From NCBI GenBank assembly GCA_964541895.1, contig CAZISM010000008.1, positions 13,920 through 77,919 of the forward strand: a stretch of 64,000 nucleotides of DNA, read 5' to 3'. Source of the DNA: an uncultured Cytophagia bacterium. Lineage in GTDB: Bacteria > Zhuqueibacterota > Zhuqueibacteria > Residuimicrobiales > Residuimicrobiaceae. Both the position numbers and the translations under genes were made by a program. Positions 13,355 to 27,000 of this stretch are shown here, one piece after another. The notes under the pieces were generated by a model, which had not been told where the DNA came from, made no database searches, and saw only the letters and a program-made list of their open reading frames with translations. Positions within the stretch are counted from its first letter, which is position 1, and the number at the start of each line of letters is the position of its first letter.

Positions 13355-13738
13355 ATGAAAAATTCGGATAAACCGGGCGAATTGAGCACGATTTTAGGAC
13401 GTGGTTCAGTCGTGCAGGGCAACATCAAGGTCGAGCACTCGCTGCGTATCGACGGCAAGGTTAAAGGCGATGTTACTTCCAGCGACAGCCTGATCGTCGG
13501 TTCGGAAGGAGAGATCACCGGCAACCTGTCGGTGAAAAATCTGGTGCTGGGCGGTAAAATCTACGGATCCGTGGTGGCCCCAGGCCGGGTCGTGCTGGAG
13601 AGCAAGGCGGAATTTTACGGCGACATCAAGACCGCCAAGCTGGTGATCGACGAAGGCGCTGTGTTTGACGGCAAATGCACCATGACCGAAGCCGGCAAGA
13701 AAAAGAGCGGCCAGGACGAAGAGTCCATGATCAAATAG
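13355..13738 (+). CDS. bactofilin family cytoskeletal protein
   Basis: ILGRGSVVQGNIKVEHSLRIDGKVKGDVTSSDSLIVGSEGEITGNLSVKNLVLGGKIYGSVVAPGRVVLESKAEFYGDIKTAKLVIDEGAVFDGK is a beta-helical bactofilin repeat pattern. Confidence 0.85.
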   Translation: MKNSDKPGELSTILGRGSVVQGNIKVEHSLRIDGKVKGDVTSSDSLIVGSEGEITGNLSVKNLVLGGKIYGSVVAPGRVVLESKAEFYGDIKTAKLVIDEGAVFDGKCTMTEAGKKKSGQDEESMIK

Positions 13739-13842
13739 GCCCGCAGGCAGGCGGGGCCGGGTGCGGTTGTGTGCCCGAAAGAGCCGAGGCAAGAACCGGA
13801 GCAGGAACAGCTGCACCGGCAACCATGTAATCAACGACAGTC

Positions 13843-14079
13843 ATGCTTGTACCAAAGAACAAACGGACCAATATCGGACCGTTCCTGGATGTCGGTCTGC
13901 AGCTGGCAGCCGGTTTCGGGCTGGGCTTTGGTATGGGCTGGTGGGTGGACGGCAAACTGCACACGCTGCCGCTGTTTTCCATTCTGGGATTAATGCTGGG
14001 AGCAGCAGGCGGTTTGTTGAACGTGTATCGGGCCGTTTATCCAAGTAAAAAAAGAAACAAGGATGCTGACAAATCCTGA
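13843..14079 (+). CDS. AtpZ/AtpI-family small membrane protein preceding the F-ATPase operon
   Basis: 78 aa with two TM helices and the GxGxG-rich pattern (LAAGFGLGFGMGWW) typical of the atpZ family. First gene of the atp operon; overlaps the next ORF. Confidence 0.55.
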   Translation: MLVPKNKRTNIGPFLDVGLQLAAGFGLGFGMGWWVDGKLHTLPLFSILGLMLGAAGGLLNVYRAVYPSKKRNKDADKS

Positions 14080-14458
14080 TAACAAAAAGCGTGAGCTGAG
14101 GGCTGTTCTCCACACCCTGATCGCCTTTGGGGTGATCGTTATTCCGCTGTTTTTTTTTACGTCTGTGACTTTTGTTCTGTCGTTCATGCTTGGCTACGTG
14201 GTCTGCCTCGCCAACATCCTCTTCAGCATTGCCTCCCTGCGATGGGGATTTTCTAAAACCAGCAAGATATTTTATAAAGTGGTCTGGGGCGGCATGTTGC
14301 TGCGGCTGGCGGTGTTTTCCGTTATTCTGGTGGTGTTGCGCCGGTTCACCGACTGGCCGGTGAGCGGTTTTCTCATCGCCTTCGTTTTGTCGTACATCTA
14401 TTTACAATATCAGGAAATTCGTCTGGTTAACGAATCTTTAAGCAAAGCCAAATCATGA
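14063..14458 (+). CDS. atpI: ATP synthase protein I (AtpI-like) membrane protein
   Basis: 131-aa polytopic membrane protein between the atpZ-like gene and atpB; its stop overlaps the atpB start (ATGA at 14455). Confidence 0.5.
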   Translation: MLTNPDNKKRELRAVLHTLIAFGVIVIPLFFFTSVTFVLSFMLGYVVCLANILFSIASLRWGFSKTSKIFYKVVWGGMLLRLAVFSVILVVLRRFTDWPVSGFLIAFVLSYIYLQYQEIRLVNESLSKAKS

Positions 14459-15315
14459 TACAAGAAGCTGTTCAACAGGTGGTCGAGCACGGGCACAACG
14501 TCGCCCAGCAGGCAGCGGAGCACGGCGAAGCCGCCGCTCATGCGGCGGAACATGGCGGCGAGACCGGCGTCGGTTTCATGCTGCATCACATCATGGCGCA
14601 GCCTTTGATCCACCTGCCCAAGGTATGGGGTGTGGATATGACCATCACCAATCACACGGTGATGATCTGGATCGTCTCGGTGATTATGATCGTGGCCTTC
14701 GGGCTATCGTTCCGGCGTCGTGATTCGCTGGTGCCGCGCGGCCGTCTCGCCAACGCCCTGGAAGCGCTCGTGCTTTACATCCGCGATAATGTGATCGTTC
14801 CCAACCTCGGCCATCACGCCAACACCTATGCGCCCTATCTGCTGACGGCCTTCTTTTTTGTGCTGCTGTGCAATCTGCTGGGGCTGGTGCCGGGTGCTGC
14901 AACCGCCACCGGCAACATCGGCGTCACCGCTGGTCTGGCCCTTCTGACGCTGATCACGGTCATCTTTGCCGGCATCCGGCAGCACGGCCTCTTTGGCTAT
15001 ATGAAAACGTTTTTGCCGCACGGCATCCCCTGGTGGCTTTCGTTTGTGATGATTCCGGTCGAAGTGATGAGCCTGCTCACCAAGCATTTTGCCCTGACCA
15101 TTCGTTTGTTTGCCAACATGATCGCCGGCCATCTGACGATTCTGTCGCTGATGAGCATCATATTCATCTTTCGCAGTTATTATGTGGCGCCGTTTCCCCT
15201 GGCTATTATGATTTTTTCGTCGCTGCTGGAAATTCTGATCGCCTTCATTCAGGCCTATGTGTTCACGATTCTTTCTTCCGTGTTCATCAGCGGGTCGCTG
15301 GCTTCGGAGCATTGA
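14455..15315 (+). CDS. atpB: F0F1 ATP synthase subunit a
   Basis: LTIRLFANMIAGH motif with the conserved essential Arg; polytopic membrane protein. Confidence 0.9.
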   Translation: MIQEAVQQVVEHGHNVAQQAAEHGEAAAHAAEHGGETGVGFMLHHIMAQPLIHLPKVWGVDMTITNHTVMIWIVSVIMIVAFGLSFRRRDSLVPRGRLANALEALVLYIRDNVIVPNLGHHANTYAPYLLTAFFFVLLCNLLGLVPGAATATGNIGVTAGLALLTLITVIFAGIRQHGLFGYMKTFLPHGIPWWLSFVMIPVEVMSLLTKHFALTIRLFANMIAGHLTILSLMSIIFIFRSYYVAPFPLAIMIFSSLLEILIAFIQAYVFTILSSVFISGSLASEH

Positions 15316-15394
15316 TCAGCGGGGCGGACGCGAGATTTCTTTTTAAACGAGTAACAGACCAACCCAACAACAATCTATCTTTCAAGGAGGTAAC

Positions 15395-15622
15395 ATGGAT
15401 CCGAAAGCATTAGCGTATTTGGCCGCCGGTCTCGGAGCCGCGGGTGTAACTTTTGGTTGTGCGTACGGCATCAGCAAACTGGCGAGCGCCGCCATCAGCG
15501 GCATTGCCCGGCAACCGGAAGCCGCCGGTGAAATTCGTGGTGCGATGATCATCACCGCCGGTATGATCGAAGGTGTGGCTCTGTTCGCCGCCGCCATCTG
15601 TATCTTGCTCGCTTTCAAATAG
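15395..15622 (+). CDS. atpE: F0F1 ATP synthase subunit c
   Basis: 75-aa hairpin protein ...GIARQPEAAGEIRG...AGMIEGVALFAAA with the carboxylate in helix 2; RBS AAGGAGG upstream. Confidence 0.9.
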   Translation: MDPKALAYLAAGLGAAGVTFGCAYGISKLASAAISGIARQPEAAGEIRGAMIITAGMIEGVALFAAAICILLAFK

Positions 15623-15641
15623 TCCAACATAGGATCACGGC

Positions 15642-16136
15642 ATGGAACTCATGACCCCCAGCAGCGGTGCCATAGTTTGGCTCATTCTGACTTTTGCAGC
15701 GCTGCTCTTGATTTTACGCAAACTGGCCTGGAAGCCGTTGCTGCAGATGCTGGACGAGCGCGAAGGTCAGATTCGGGCTTCACTGGAACAGGCTGAAAAG
15801 GCCGGCCAGGAAGCGAAAAAAACGCTGGCCGAGCAGTCGGCGATTCTGGACGCTGCCCGTAAAGAGGCCCAGGATATCCTGGCCAAAGCACGACAGGCGG
15901 CGGAGCAGACGAAAGCGGACATTGTGCAGAAAGCCAACGCCGAAGCCATGCAGGCGGCCGAACGGGCGCAGCGTGAGATTCAGCTCAGCCGTGACAAGGC
16001 GATTACCGAGATCAAGGCGCTGGCTGTGGAGCTGTCGATGGCCGCCACCGGCAAGCTGATCGGCAAATCGCTGGATAAAAAAGAACACGAGAAATTGATC
16101 TCGGAATCCGTGCAAAAGGCAGGTGGACTGAATTGA
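15642..16136 (+). CDS. atpF: F0F1 ATP synthase subunit b
   Basis: N-terminal TM helix followed by a long charged coiled coil (AEQ...KAEA...), in operon position. Confidence 0.8.
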   Translation: MELMTPSSGAIVWLILTFAALLLILRKLAWKPLLQMLDEREGQIRASLEQAEKAGQEAKKTLAEQSAILDAARKEAQDILAKARQAAEQTKADIVQKANAEAMQAAERAQREIQLSRDKAITEIKALAVELSMAATGKLIGKSLDKKEHEKLISESVQKAGGLN

Positions 16137-16693
16137 GACCGCATCCCATAGCCCGACGTTACGCCAAGGCTCTGTTTGAATTGGCGGAACAGCAAAAGAG
16201 CGTGGACCGAATCAAAAAAGAGGTGGACGCATTCGGTCAGATGCTGGCAAGTGACGGCCGATTACGCGCCTTTCTGCTTTCGCCCGAGGTGGATAAACAA
16301 TCCAAGACGCGCGTTCTGGAACAAGCGATCAGCGGCAAGGTGTCGTCTCTTTTTTACCATTTTCTGCTGGTCCTGCTGCAAAAGGGCCGGCAGCCGTTGT
16401 TCCCTGAAATCGTATATGAATGGGGCCGTCTCTACGACAAAAAGAACAACCGGATGCGGGCGACCCTGGTCTCTGCCGTTGCGCTCAGCGATGCGCAGGT
16501 GCAAAAGATACGAAAACAGCTGGCTGAATCCACCAAGGCGGATCTGGTGGTTGATAACGAGGTCGATCCGGCGATTCTGGGTGGCTTGGTCATTCGTATG
16601 GATGGCCGGGTGCTGGATGCGAGTCTGGCCCACCAGCTGGAGCGCCTGCGCAAAGAGTTAGAAAATGTTCAATTGGAATCCACATCGCATTAA
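16133..16693 (+). CDS. atpH: F0F1 ATP synthase subunit delta (OSCP)
   Basis: MRPHPIARRYAKALFELAEQQ N-terminus typical of delta. The apparent TTG start overlaps the atpF stop. Confidence 0.8.
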   Translation: MRPHPIARRYAKALFELAEQQKSVDRIKKEVDAFGQMLASDGRLRAFLLSPEVDKQSKTRVLEQAISGKVSSLFYHFLLVLLQKGRQPLFPEIVYEWGRLYDKKNNRMRATLVSAVALSDAQVQKIRKQLAESTKADLVVDNEVDPAILGGLVIRMDGRVLDASLAHQLERLRKELENVQLESTSH

Positions 16694-16705
16694 AACCTTA
16701 TATGA

Positions 16706-18238
<1,533 letters not shown>

Positions 18239-18241
18239 GCT

Positions 18242-19105
18242 ATGGCGACGTTACGAAACATAAAGCGACGGATTGCCAGCGTCCGTTCGACGCAGCAGAT
18301 CACCAAAGCGATGAAGATGGTGGCCGCCGCCAAATTACGCAAGGCGCAGAATCGACTGATGAGCGCCCGGCCCTATGCGCGGGAAATGGAAGAGGTGCTG
18401 CGGCACGTCTCCGTGCGCCTGCGCAAACAGAGCCATCCGCTGCTGCAGGTGCGCAAGCCCAAAAAGATCCTGTTTGTGCTGGTCACCGCTGATCGCGGGT
18501 TGTGCGGCAGTTTCAACACCAACCTGATCCGGCGCTGTCAAAACGAAATGGAGAGCCATCCGGCCAAGGTCAAGCACCTGGTGACGATTGGACGCAAAGG
18601 CCACGAATTTTTCCGCCGCCGGCAGATCCCGATCAGGGATTCGGTCGTCGATCTGTTCAACCATCTGGAATTTAACCATGCCCAGAGCATTGCGGCCAAA
18701 CTGATCGAGTGGTACGGCAAAAAGCAGGTGGACCAGGTCCTGGTGATCTATAACGAATTCAAATCGGCGGTGCAGCAAAAGATCGTGGTGGAGCAGCTGC
18801 TCCCCCTGGTGCCGACCGAACCGGTGGACCCGCGCCGCTATCCTGTGGGTTTTCTTTTTGAACCCGGCCCGGCCAAGCTGCTGGACCAGCTCTGTCCGCT
18901 CAATCTGAACATCCAGATCTGGCGCATACTGCTGGAAAGCAACGCGTCCGAGTTCGGCGCGCGCATGACCGCCATGGAGTCGGCCAGCGACAATGCCGAG
19001 GATATGATCAAAGAGTTGCGCCTGTTCTACAACAAAACGCGCCAGGCCACCATCACCAAAGAGTTGAACGAGATCGTCACCGGCGCCAACGCTTTGCGCG
19101 GTTAA
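18242..19105 (+). CDS. atpG: F0F1 ATP synthase subunit gamma
   Basis: MATLRNIKRRIASVRSTQQITKAMKMVAAAKLRKAQ N-terminus, conserved gamma signature. Confidence 0.9.
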   Translation: MATLRNIKRRIASVRSTQQITKAMKMVAAAKLRKAQNRLMSARPYAREMEEVLRHVSVRLRKQSHPLLQVRKPKKILFVLVTADRGLCGSFNTNLIRRCQNEMESHPAKVKHLVTIGRKGHEFFRRRQIPIRDSVVDLFNHLEFNHAQSIAAKLIEWYGKKQVDQVLVIYNEFKSAVQQKIVVEQLLPLVPTEPVDPRRYPVGFLFEPGPAKLLDQLCPLNLNIQIWRILLESNASEFGARMTAMESASDNAEDMIKELRLFYNKTRQATITKELNEIVTGANALRG

Positions 19106-19123
19106 TCGGGCGCGACGAACTAG

Positions 19124-20593
<1,470 letters not shown>

Positions 20594-20631
20594 TGGCGCA
20601 GCCGAACACTCATACATAGACCTAGAACAAC

Positions 20632-21039
20632 ATGGATAAAACATTTACCCTTGAAATCATTACTCCGCAGCGGACGGTCTTTAAAGGCCAAGTGAAACAC
20701 GTCAAAGCCCCGGGTGCGGGTGGCAGCTTTGGCGTGCTCTATAACCATACGCCATTTTTGGTGGCGTTGAAAATCGGCGTTATTGAAATCGAAACCGAAT
20801 CGGGCAAATTGTGGTTTGCGGCCTGCTGCGGTTTTGCCGAGGTGATGGCCAATAAAATGACCATCCTGGTGGAAAACGCCGAAGCGGCCGGGGAAATCGA
20901 CATTGAACGCGCGCAACGGGCTCGCAACCGGGCCTGGAAACGGTTGCATGAGGATTTGAGCAAGGACATCGACGTGCCCCGCGCGCAGGCCGCCCTGGCC
21001 CGGGCGCTCAACCGCCTGGCGGTGGCCAGCCACTCCTGA
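20632..21039 (+). CDS. atpC: F0F1 ATP synthase subunit epsilon
   Basis: LEIITPQRTVFKGQVKHVKAPGAGGSFGVL N-terminal beta-sandwich pattern; last gene of the operon. Confidence 0.9.
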   Translation: MDKTFTLEIITPQRTVFKGQVKHVKAPGAGGSFGVLYNHTPFLVALKIGVIEIETESGKLWFAACCGFAEVMANKMTILVENAEAAGEIDIERAQRARNRAWKRLHEDLSKDIDVPRAQAALARALNRLAVASHS

Positions 21040-21126
21040 CCCTCCGCCTGCCCCAGCCCCGCCAAAGAATAAATTATTCACTTGACTCAAATTAAAATAA
21101 TCTTTAATATTATTCCAAATGTGAAC

Positions 21127-21158
21127 ACGGCGCCGAGTTTTCGCGCCGTTTTCGATTT
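21127..21158 (+). terminator. rho-independent terminator after atpC
   Basis: ACGGCGC-cgagttttc-GCGCCGT hairpin followed by TTTCGATTTTG. Confidence 0.55.
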
Positions 21159-21182
21159 TGGTGCGCGGAAAGAGGGCAGTAC

Positions 21183-24077
21183 ATGAATCATGGCCATGGT
21201 CAACCTGTGCTCAGCATCTGCATAAAGCGTCTCTGCTTACTGTTTCTGGCAATGGCAACGGTTTTTGTGTGGGGCGGAGCGCCTCTTCCGGTTCTGGGGC
21301 AGGGGCGCGACAGCCGTACCCCCACGGTTCCGTTTCAGGACCGCTTGCGCCACTACCTGGATGAAAACACCCAGGAGGTGGTGGAAGAGCTGGTCGCCAG
21401 AGAGCAGCAACTGCTGCAGCTGGTACAAAACATCCACCTGGAAGTCGCCAGCCGCGGCAAAGAGGGCGTGCACAAGGATCAGGCGGGATTTCGGCGACTG
21501 TACAGCCATCAGGACACCCTGATCCGTTCCTACCAGTATGAGCTGGAGCGGATGGTCCAGGTCTATGACGACCTGCAAAAGCTGAAGCGGGTGGCCGCCT
21601 ATCGCGGCAACCCCGGCCTGCTGTCGCAGGTGGAAGAGTCCACCTATGACGTGTTGCGCACTATGGACAACCGCTCCTTGTACAAAAAGGGCATCTACAC
21701 CTCTGCACGCGTCGGCGCCCTCATGGATGATTATACCAGCGAGCTTGATTCGCTGCTCACGATTTACGACGCTCTGGAACGGGCCCGGCTGCTGGCCGGC
21801 GCCCAGCAGAATCAGCAAGCGCTCGCAGATATTGACCGCCAGCAGGCGCAACTGTACCGCGTCCTGAGTTCGTGGAACAAGCTGGGACCGGTGCCGGATA
21901 CGACCTTTATGGATCTGCGCAGCGAGGCAGGCCACCTGAGCCGTGTCATGCAGCAGATCGATTCCCTGCAGGCCGGTGGCCGTGTCAGTGAGGCCGCCCG
22001 CCTGGAAGCGATTAAAGCCGCACTGCTGCAACGGGTCGACCGTTCGCTGATCGATCTGCTGAGCCAATCCGGCTATTCCCTTTCCGCTTACCCCACCGTG
22101 TCCGATTTCATCGATGTCTGGAAAAAAGAACGGCTGGTGGACATCAAGACCCGCCTGACAGAATACCTGGTCATGAATCGCACCCTGATCGACTCGGCGA
22201 CCCCGGAACAGCGCGACCGCATGCTCAATCGCGAACTCACGGCGCTGTCGGTGAATTTCGCCGAAGGCAAGTACCGGCTCACGGAGAATCAGATCAACGC
22301 CGTCCAGGAGCAGTATGGCCGCTATTATGCCTATATGACGCCGTTGACCTATTACCTCGCCGAATGCCGATACCACCGTCAGGCCCAGGAGGCCGCCCGG
22401 CCGCTCTATCTCTCCCTGGCGGCCGATACCAGCGCCGACCGCTTCCGGCCGGCCGCCCTGATCCGCCTGCTGCAGTACGAGCACACCTTTGATCTGCAGC
22501 GCGATTTTCTTGTCCATTATGACGCTCTCGGCAAGGATCGCCATGCCGATGCCGAGCAAAAACAGTATGCTCACTATCTGGCGGCTAACCGGTTTTTCGA
22601 CAAAGAGATGTGGAACGAGTGCCAGAGCGCCGTACACGCCGTACCGGCCGGGTCGCCCTATCGCATGCCGGCGCAGCTGCTCTCGGCCATCGCCTGGCTC
22701 AATCAGAACGATTTCGCTCAGGCGGTGCCGGTCCTGGAGTCTTTGATCGATGAGACCATTTACCCCTGGACCGATCTTCAGACCTCCTATATCCGCAACA
22801 CTGCTCTGTTGAAGCTGGGCATGGTGTACTATCAACGCGGAGAATTTCCCAGAGCCAATGATTTTTTCAACCGGGTATCGAAAGGATTTGCCGACCACGA
22901 TCAGGCGCTGATCGGCCAGGCCTGGGCCAGCCTCCGGCTCGGCGATTACAGCGCCTCTCTGTCGCGCACGCATCAGCTGCTCAACTCCTTTCTGGCATCC
23001 AATTTTACCTACGAAGCGCTGACGCTGGCCGGCCATTGCCGGCGGCTGATGAACCAGCCCCATGACGCTCTTAACGCCTATCGCTACGTCGTGCGCAGCC
23101 AGAACGAACGGGCGAAAAAGCAAGAGTACAATCAGGAGCGCGACCGTCTGAAGACGCAGAGCCGCGAACTCGATCGCCTGGAAAAAGAGTCCCTGGAACG
23201 GAGGCAGGTCGATCTCTATGCCGATGTGGAACGGATCAAAAATCAGATCAACGCCTATGTGGTCACCATCAACGAACGTACGGATACCGGCACACAGCTG
23301 CTGCAGGATTATTATGAAGAGCGCGTCGACCTCTTTGCCAAGCTGGATGAACTGCAGACCGTAATCGAAGTGGCCGAACGGGAAGAGCGGCCCGACATCG
23401 CCGACAAGGCGCGCAAACAGCTGGCCCGCTTGATCCGCGTGCTGCAGACCTATCGGTCTGATCAGAACGTGGTCAACACCGCTTTTCTCGTGGATTTCCC
23501 GCTGGCGGCCCGCGAAGCCAGCCAGGAATACAAGAGGAACAACCTCGCGTCAGTCTATCGCGATCTGGAAATGGAAAAGCGCCGGCTTGAGCGCAACGTG
23601 GAATTGGTGGCCGGTTTTGAACAGGCGGGTGAAAAATCCGTCGCCATGGCCTCCAGGAGCGATCTTGAAATCCTGCGCAGCGATCTGGATCACCTGCGCG
23701 ACCGCATGAGCGTGCTGCGCAAACGGGTGGTGGAGGAGCAGCCCGGGCCCGCTTCCTCGGACGCTGAAACGTGGAGCGATCTCTCCGGATTTGGCATGAC
23801 TGATATCATCTATTACGAACGGATGAAACGGCTGGCGACGATCGACAATTATGCGGTCCGGCTCAAGGGCATAGAAACCGTGCTTTCGGATCGGCGCCAT
23901 GACATCGAGGTCAAGCTGCAGATGTTTGAAGATGAAATCCGGGTGCTGCAGGACAACCTGCTGTCGCGCAAGATTCAACTGGATCAGATGGAACGGCGGA
24001 CCTATTTTGAAAAGTTCTATTTCGACGAGAAAGAACAAGAGGAATCCTGGGAACCACCGTCCACCACCAGGCCATAG
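21183..24077 (+). CDS. large secreted coiled-coil/TPR repeat protein (964 aa), function unknown
   Basis: RBS GAGGGC upstream. N-terminal hydrophobic signal/anchor RLCLLFLAMATVFVWGGAPLPVLGQG. Long heptad-rich segments and TPR-like repeats (e.g. LGMVYYQRGEFPRANDFFNRV). The complementary 628-aa antisense ORF lacks any such features. Confidence 0.6.
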   Translation: MNHGHGQPVLSICIKRLCLLFLAMATVFVWGGAPLPVLGQGRDSRTPTVPFQDRLRHYLDENTQEVVEELVAREQQLLQLVQNIHLEVASRGKEGVHKDQAGFRRLYSHQDTLIRSYQYELERMVQVYDDLQKLKRVAAYRGNPGLLSQVEESTYDVLRTMDNRSLYKKGIYTSARVGALMDDYTSELDSLLTIYDALERARLLAGAQQNQQALADIDRQQAQLYRVLSSWNKLGPVPDTTFMDLRSEAGHLSRVMQQIDSLQAGGRVSEAARLEAIKAALLQRVDRSLIDLLSQSGYSLSAYPTVSDFIDVWKKERLVDIKTRLTEYLVMNRTLIDSATPEQRDRMLNRELTALSVNFAEGKYRLTENQINAVQEQYGRYYAYMTPLTYYLAECRYHRQAQEAARPLYLSLAADTSADRFRPAALIRLLQYEHTFDLQRDFLVHYDALGKDRHADAEQKQYAHYLAANRFFDKEMWNECQSAVHAVPAGSPYRMPAQLLSAIAWLNQNDFAQAVPVLESLIDETIYPWTDLQTSYIRNTALLKLGMVYYQRGEFPRANDFFNRVSKGFADHDQALIGQAWASLRLGDYSASLSRTHQLLNSFLASNFTYEALTLAGHCRRLMNQPHDALNAYRYVVRSQNERAKKQEYNQERDRLKTQSRELDRLEKESLERRQVDLYADVERIKNQINAYVVTINERTDTGTQLLQDYYEERVDLFAKLDELQTVIEVAEREERPDIADKARKQLARLIRVLQTYRSDQNVVNTAFLVDFPLAAREASQEYKRNNLASVYRDLEMEKRRLERNVELVAGFEQAGEKSVAMASRSDLEILRSDLDHLRDRMSVLRKRVVEEQPGPASSDAETWSDLSGFGMTDIIYYERMKRLATIDNYAVRLKGIETVLSDRRHDIEVKLQMFEDEIRVLQDNLLSRKIQLDQMERRTYFEKFYFDEKEQEESWEPPSTTRP

Positions 24078-24087
24078 GTAACGGCGT

Positions 24088-27000
24088 ATGCTACGGGCTC
24101 GCACTAAACGGTATGAAAATCGCATGAAACTCTGCACCCTTTCCAGATCAGCAATCCTGTATGGCGTGTTGCTGACAGCGGCCGTGATCGAGCCGCTGCC
24201 GTTACAGGCGCAGGCCCCTTCATTGCCGGATTCGGCTCTGGCCTTTTTGGTACAGCGTGATTCGGTGCTCAATACGTTTTCCCTGGAAGAGCTGGAACGA
24301 TTTCGCAACTATTACACACGCGAAATCACCCGGCTGCAGAACGAACGGCTGGAGTTGCGTAAACGCGGTATCCGCGACGGCGAGCTGTTTCTGGCGCGAA
24401 AGCCGCAATCCAAAAACGGCGATAAAATCGTCATGCGGCTGGCCGAACTCTATTACGAGCAGGCGCAGGACGATTTTCAGATCGAAATGCAAGAGTACGA
24501 TCGCCTGTACGCGCTGTTTGAACGCGGGCAGCTGGCGCAGCCGCCCAAGGAACCGAGGAAGAACATCAACAAGGCGCTGGAGCTCTATGTCACCGTCGTG
24601 GAAAAATATGCCAACGGCGATCTGGTGGACGACGCCTTTTTCAACATCGGATTTCTCCTCGAAGAGGCCGGCCATGCCGACAGCGCCCGAACCTATTATG
24701 AAAAAGTGATCGCCGATTATCCCAAGAGCCCGCTGCGGCCGGACGCCCTGATGCGCATCGGCGAGTACTATTTCAATCCGCCCATGAACCTCGTGGAAAA
24801 GGCCATCGAGTATTTCGAACGCATCCTGCCCTTTATCGAAAGCCCGCGCTACAATGAGGCGCTCTACCGTCTGGGATGGTGCTATTATCGGATCAATAAT
24901 TATCCCAAAGCCATTTCCTTTTTTACGCTGCTGGCCGATGACGTGCAGAAAACCCGGCCCTACGATCCGATGCAAAAGTACACCAACCCCTCCCTCATGG
25001 ATGAATCGGTGGAGTACATCGGGCTCAGCTTTCTCGACTATGGCGGGCCGGACCGGGCGGCGGAATACCTGACCCGCATCGGCGGCCGCGCCTATGGCGT
25101 CAATGTACTGCGCCGGATCGGCGACGCCTATTTCAACGAAAAGGAAGATTATCCCAACGCCCTCAAGGCGTATGCGCTGTTGCTGCAGCTGTATCCCGAA
25201 GCGCCGGTGGCGCCGTCGGTGCAGAATCGCATCGTGCAATGCCACCGCCGCCTCGAGGACCAGACGAGTGCGTTTCTGGCGAGGGAAAAGTTATACAACA
25301 GCTACCGGGACGGCACCTCATGGTGGGATAAAAACAGCGACAAGGAAGCCCGCAAGCGGGCGCTGGTCTATGTGGAAAGCGCATTGCGCGACAACATCAC
25401 CGTGCTGCTCAATCGCGGCCAGGAAACCAATCAGCTCGAGTTCTTCAACCAGGCGGTGCTGCAGAGCCGGCGCTACCTGGCGACGTTCCCGACCGATTCC
25501 AGCGCCGCCCTGATTCACTGGAACATGGCGCTGACGCTGGACACCAAACTGAAACAGACCGCACAAGCTTTTGACGAGTATATCGAAATCAGCAATCTCT
25601 ATTGGGAGTCGCGCTATCAGCGCTTTGCCGCCGCCAACGCCGTGGCCATGGCCCGCGATGCGGCGGTCTCGGCCATTGCCGCGGCCGAGCAGGCCGCCAG
25701 GCGGTCGATCTCCCTGGCGGATCTGCAGAAGGAAACCAAAAATCCCCAGGGCGTCAAGTTTCGGGAAAAGATGAAGCTGGAGCCGAACGAACTGACCCTG
25801 GAAGAGACCCGCCTGGCGCAGGCGTATGACAACTATATAAAGCTCTTTCCCCACGACAAAGAAACGCCGATTTTTCTCGCCAATGCCGGCGCCCTCTATT
25901 ACCGACGCTATCAGTTCAAAGAGGCGTTGCGGTATTTCAATACTCTGCTGCGCCATTTCCCGGGCAGCGAGGAATTCGCCCAGGCGCGTTATGCCATCAT
26001 GGAGAGCTACTTCGGCAAGGCTGATTTCCGCAGTTCGGAAATTATCGCCCGCCGCATTCTCATCAGCGATGCGCCGGAAGAGGTGAAATCAAGAGCGCAG
26101 CGCCGGCTGGCAGAGTCCATCTATCTGTCTGCGGAAATGCTGGCGGAAGAGAACAAGCACCTCGATGCCGGCAACGAATATCGACGCGTAGTCCGCGAAG
26201 CACCCAACAGCGCCTTCGCCGACCTGGCTCTGTTCAACGCCGCGCTGGAATATGACAAGGCCGGTGAATTCAATCGCGCCATCGAAACCTACACCTCGTT
26301 GCTGGCCACACAGCCGCAATCGGCCTATGGGCTTGATGCCCAGAACAACCTGGCGTTTGATTATGCCGAGCTGCGCGATTATCGCAATGCCGCGCTCACC
26401 TATGAGCGGTTGGCCAATAATCAGCCCGATACCCTGAAAGCCCGGGACGCGCTTTTTAACGCCAGTCTCTATTTCAGCCGGGCCGAGGACTGGGAAAGCG
26501 CCATCAAAACAAACCGCACCTTTTTAAAACGATATCCCCGCGACGAACACGCCGATGAAGCGGCGTTTGACATCGCCGTTTTTTATCGCCGCCTCAATCA
26601 CTTTGACAAATCGGAAGAGGCCTTTCTGGATTTTGTCAAAGACTTTCCTGACTCGCCGCGGATCGTGGAAGCCTATTACCTTCGCGGCCGCCGCCTCTAC
26701 GAGACCGGCGACCGTAAAGCGGCCAGGCTGGAATTTCAACATGCGGTGGCTGCCAGTCAACAACTGGAGAAAAGGAATCTCGATCGCAACGATTTTTACG
26801 CCGCCGAATCCGAGTTTGATCTGGCCGGCCTTCTCTTTGACGAATCGGATCGGTTGCAGTTCAAGCTGCCCTTGGCGGATCTCAATCGCAACAAACAGCG
26901 TAAAAAAGAACTGTTGCTGGAGATCATTCACCACCTCAGCGCCTGCGCCGCCTATGGCACGCCGCGGGTGTACGAAGCGACCTACCAGGTGGGATTGGCG

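Noticed and set aside
15395-15622. Possible Na+-coupled ATP synthase c subunit
   Set aside because: The Q/E-S/T Na+-binding signature is absent (E followed by G; no Gln at the helix-1 position), so a proton-coupled enzyme is assumed.
21237-23123. 628-aa minus-strand ORF
   Set aside because: It is antisense to the 964-aa TPR/coiled-coil gene, which has an RBS, signal peptide and repeat structure. The antisense frame is featureless.
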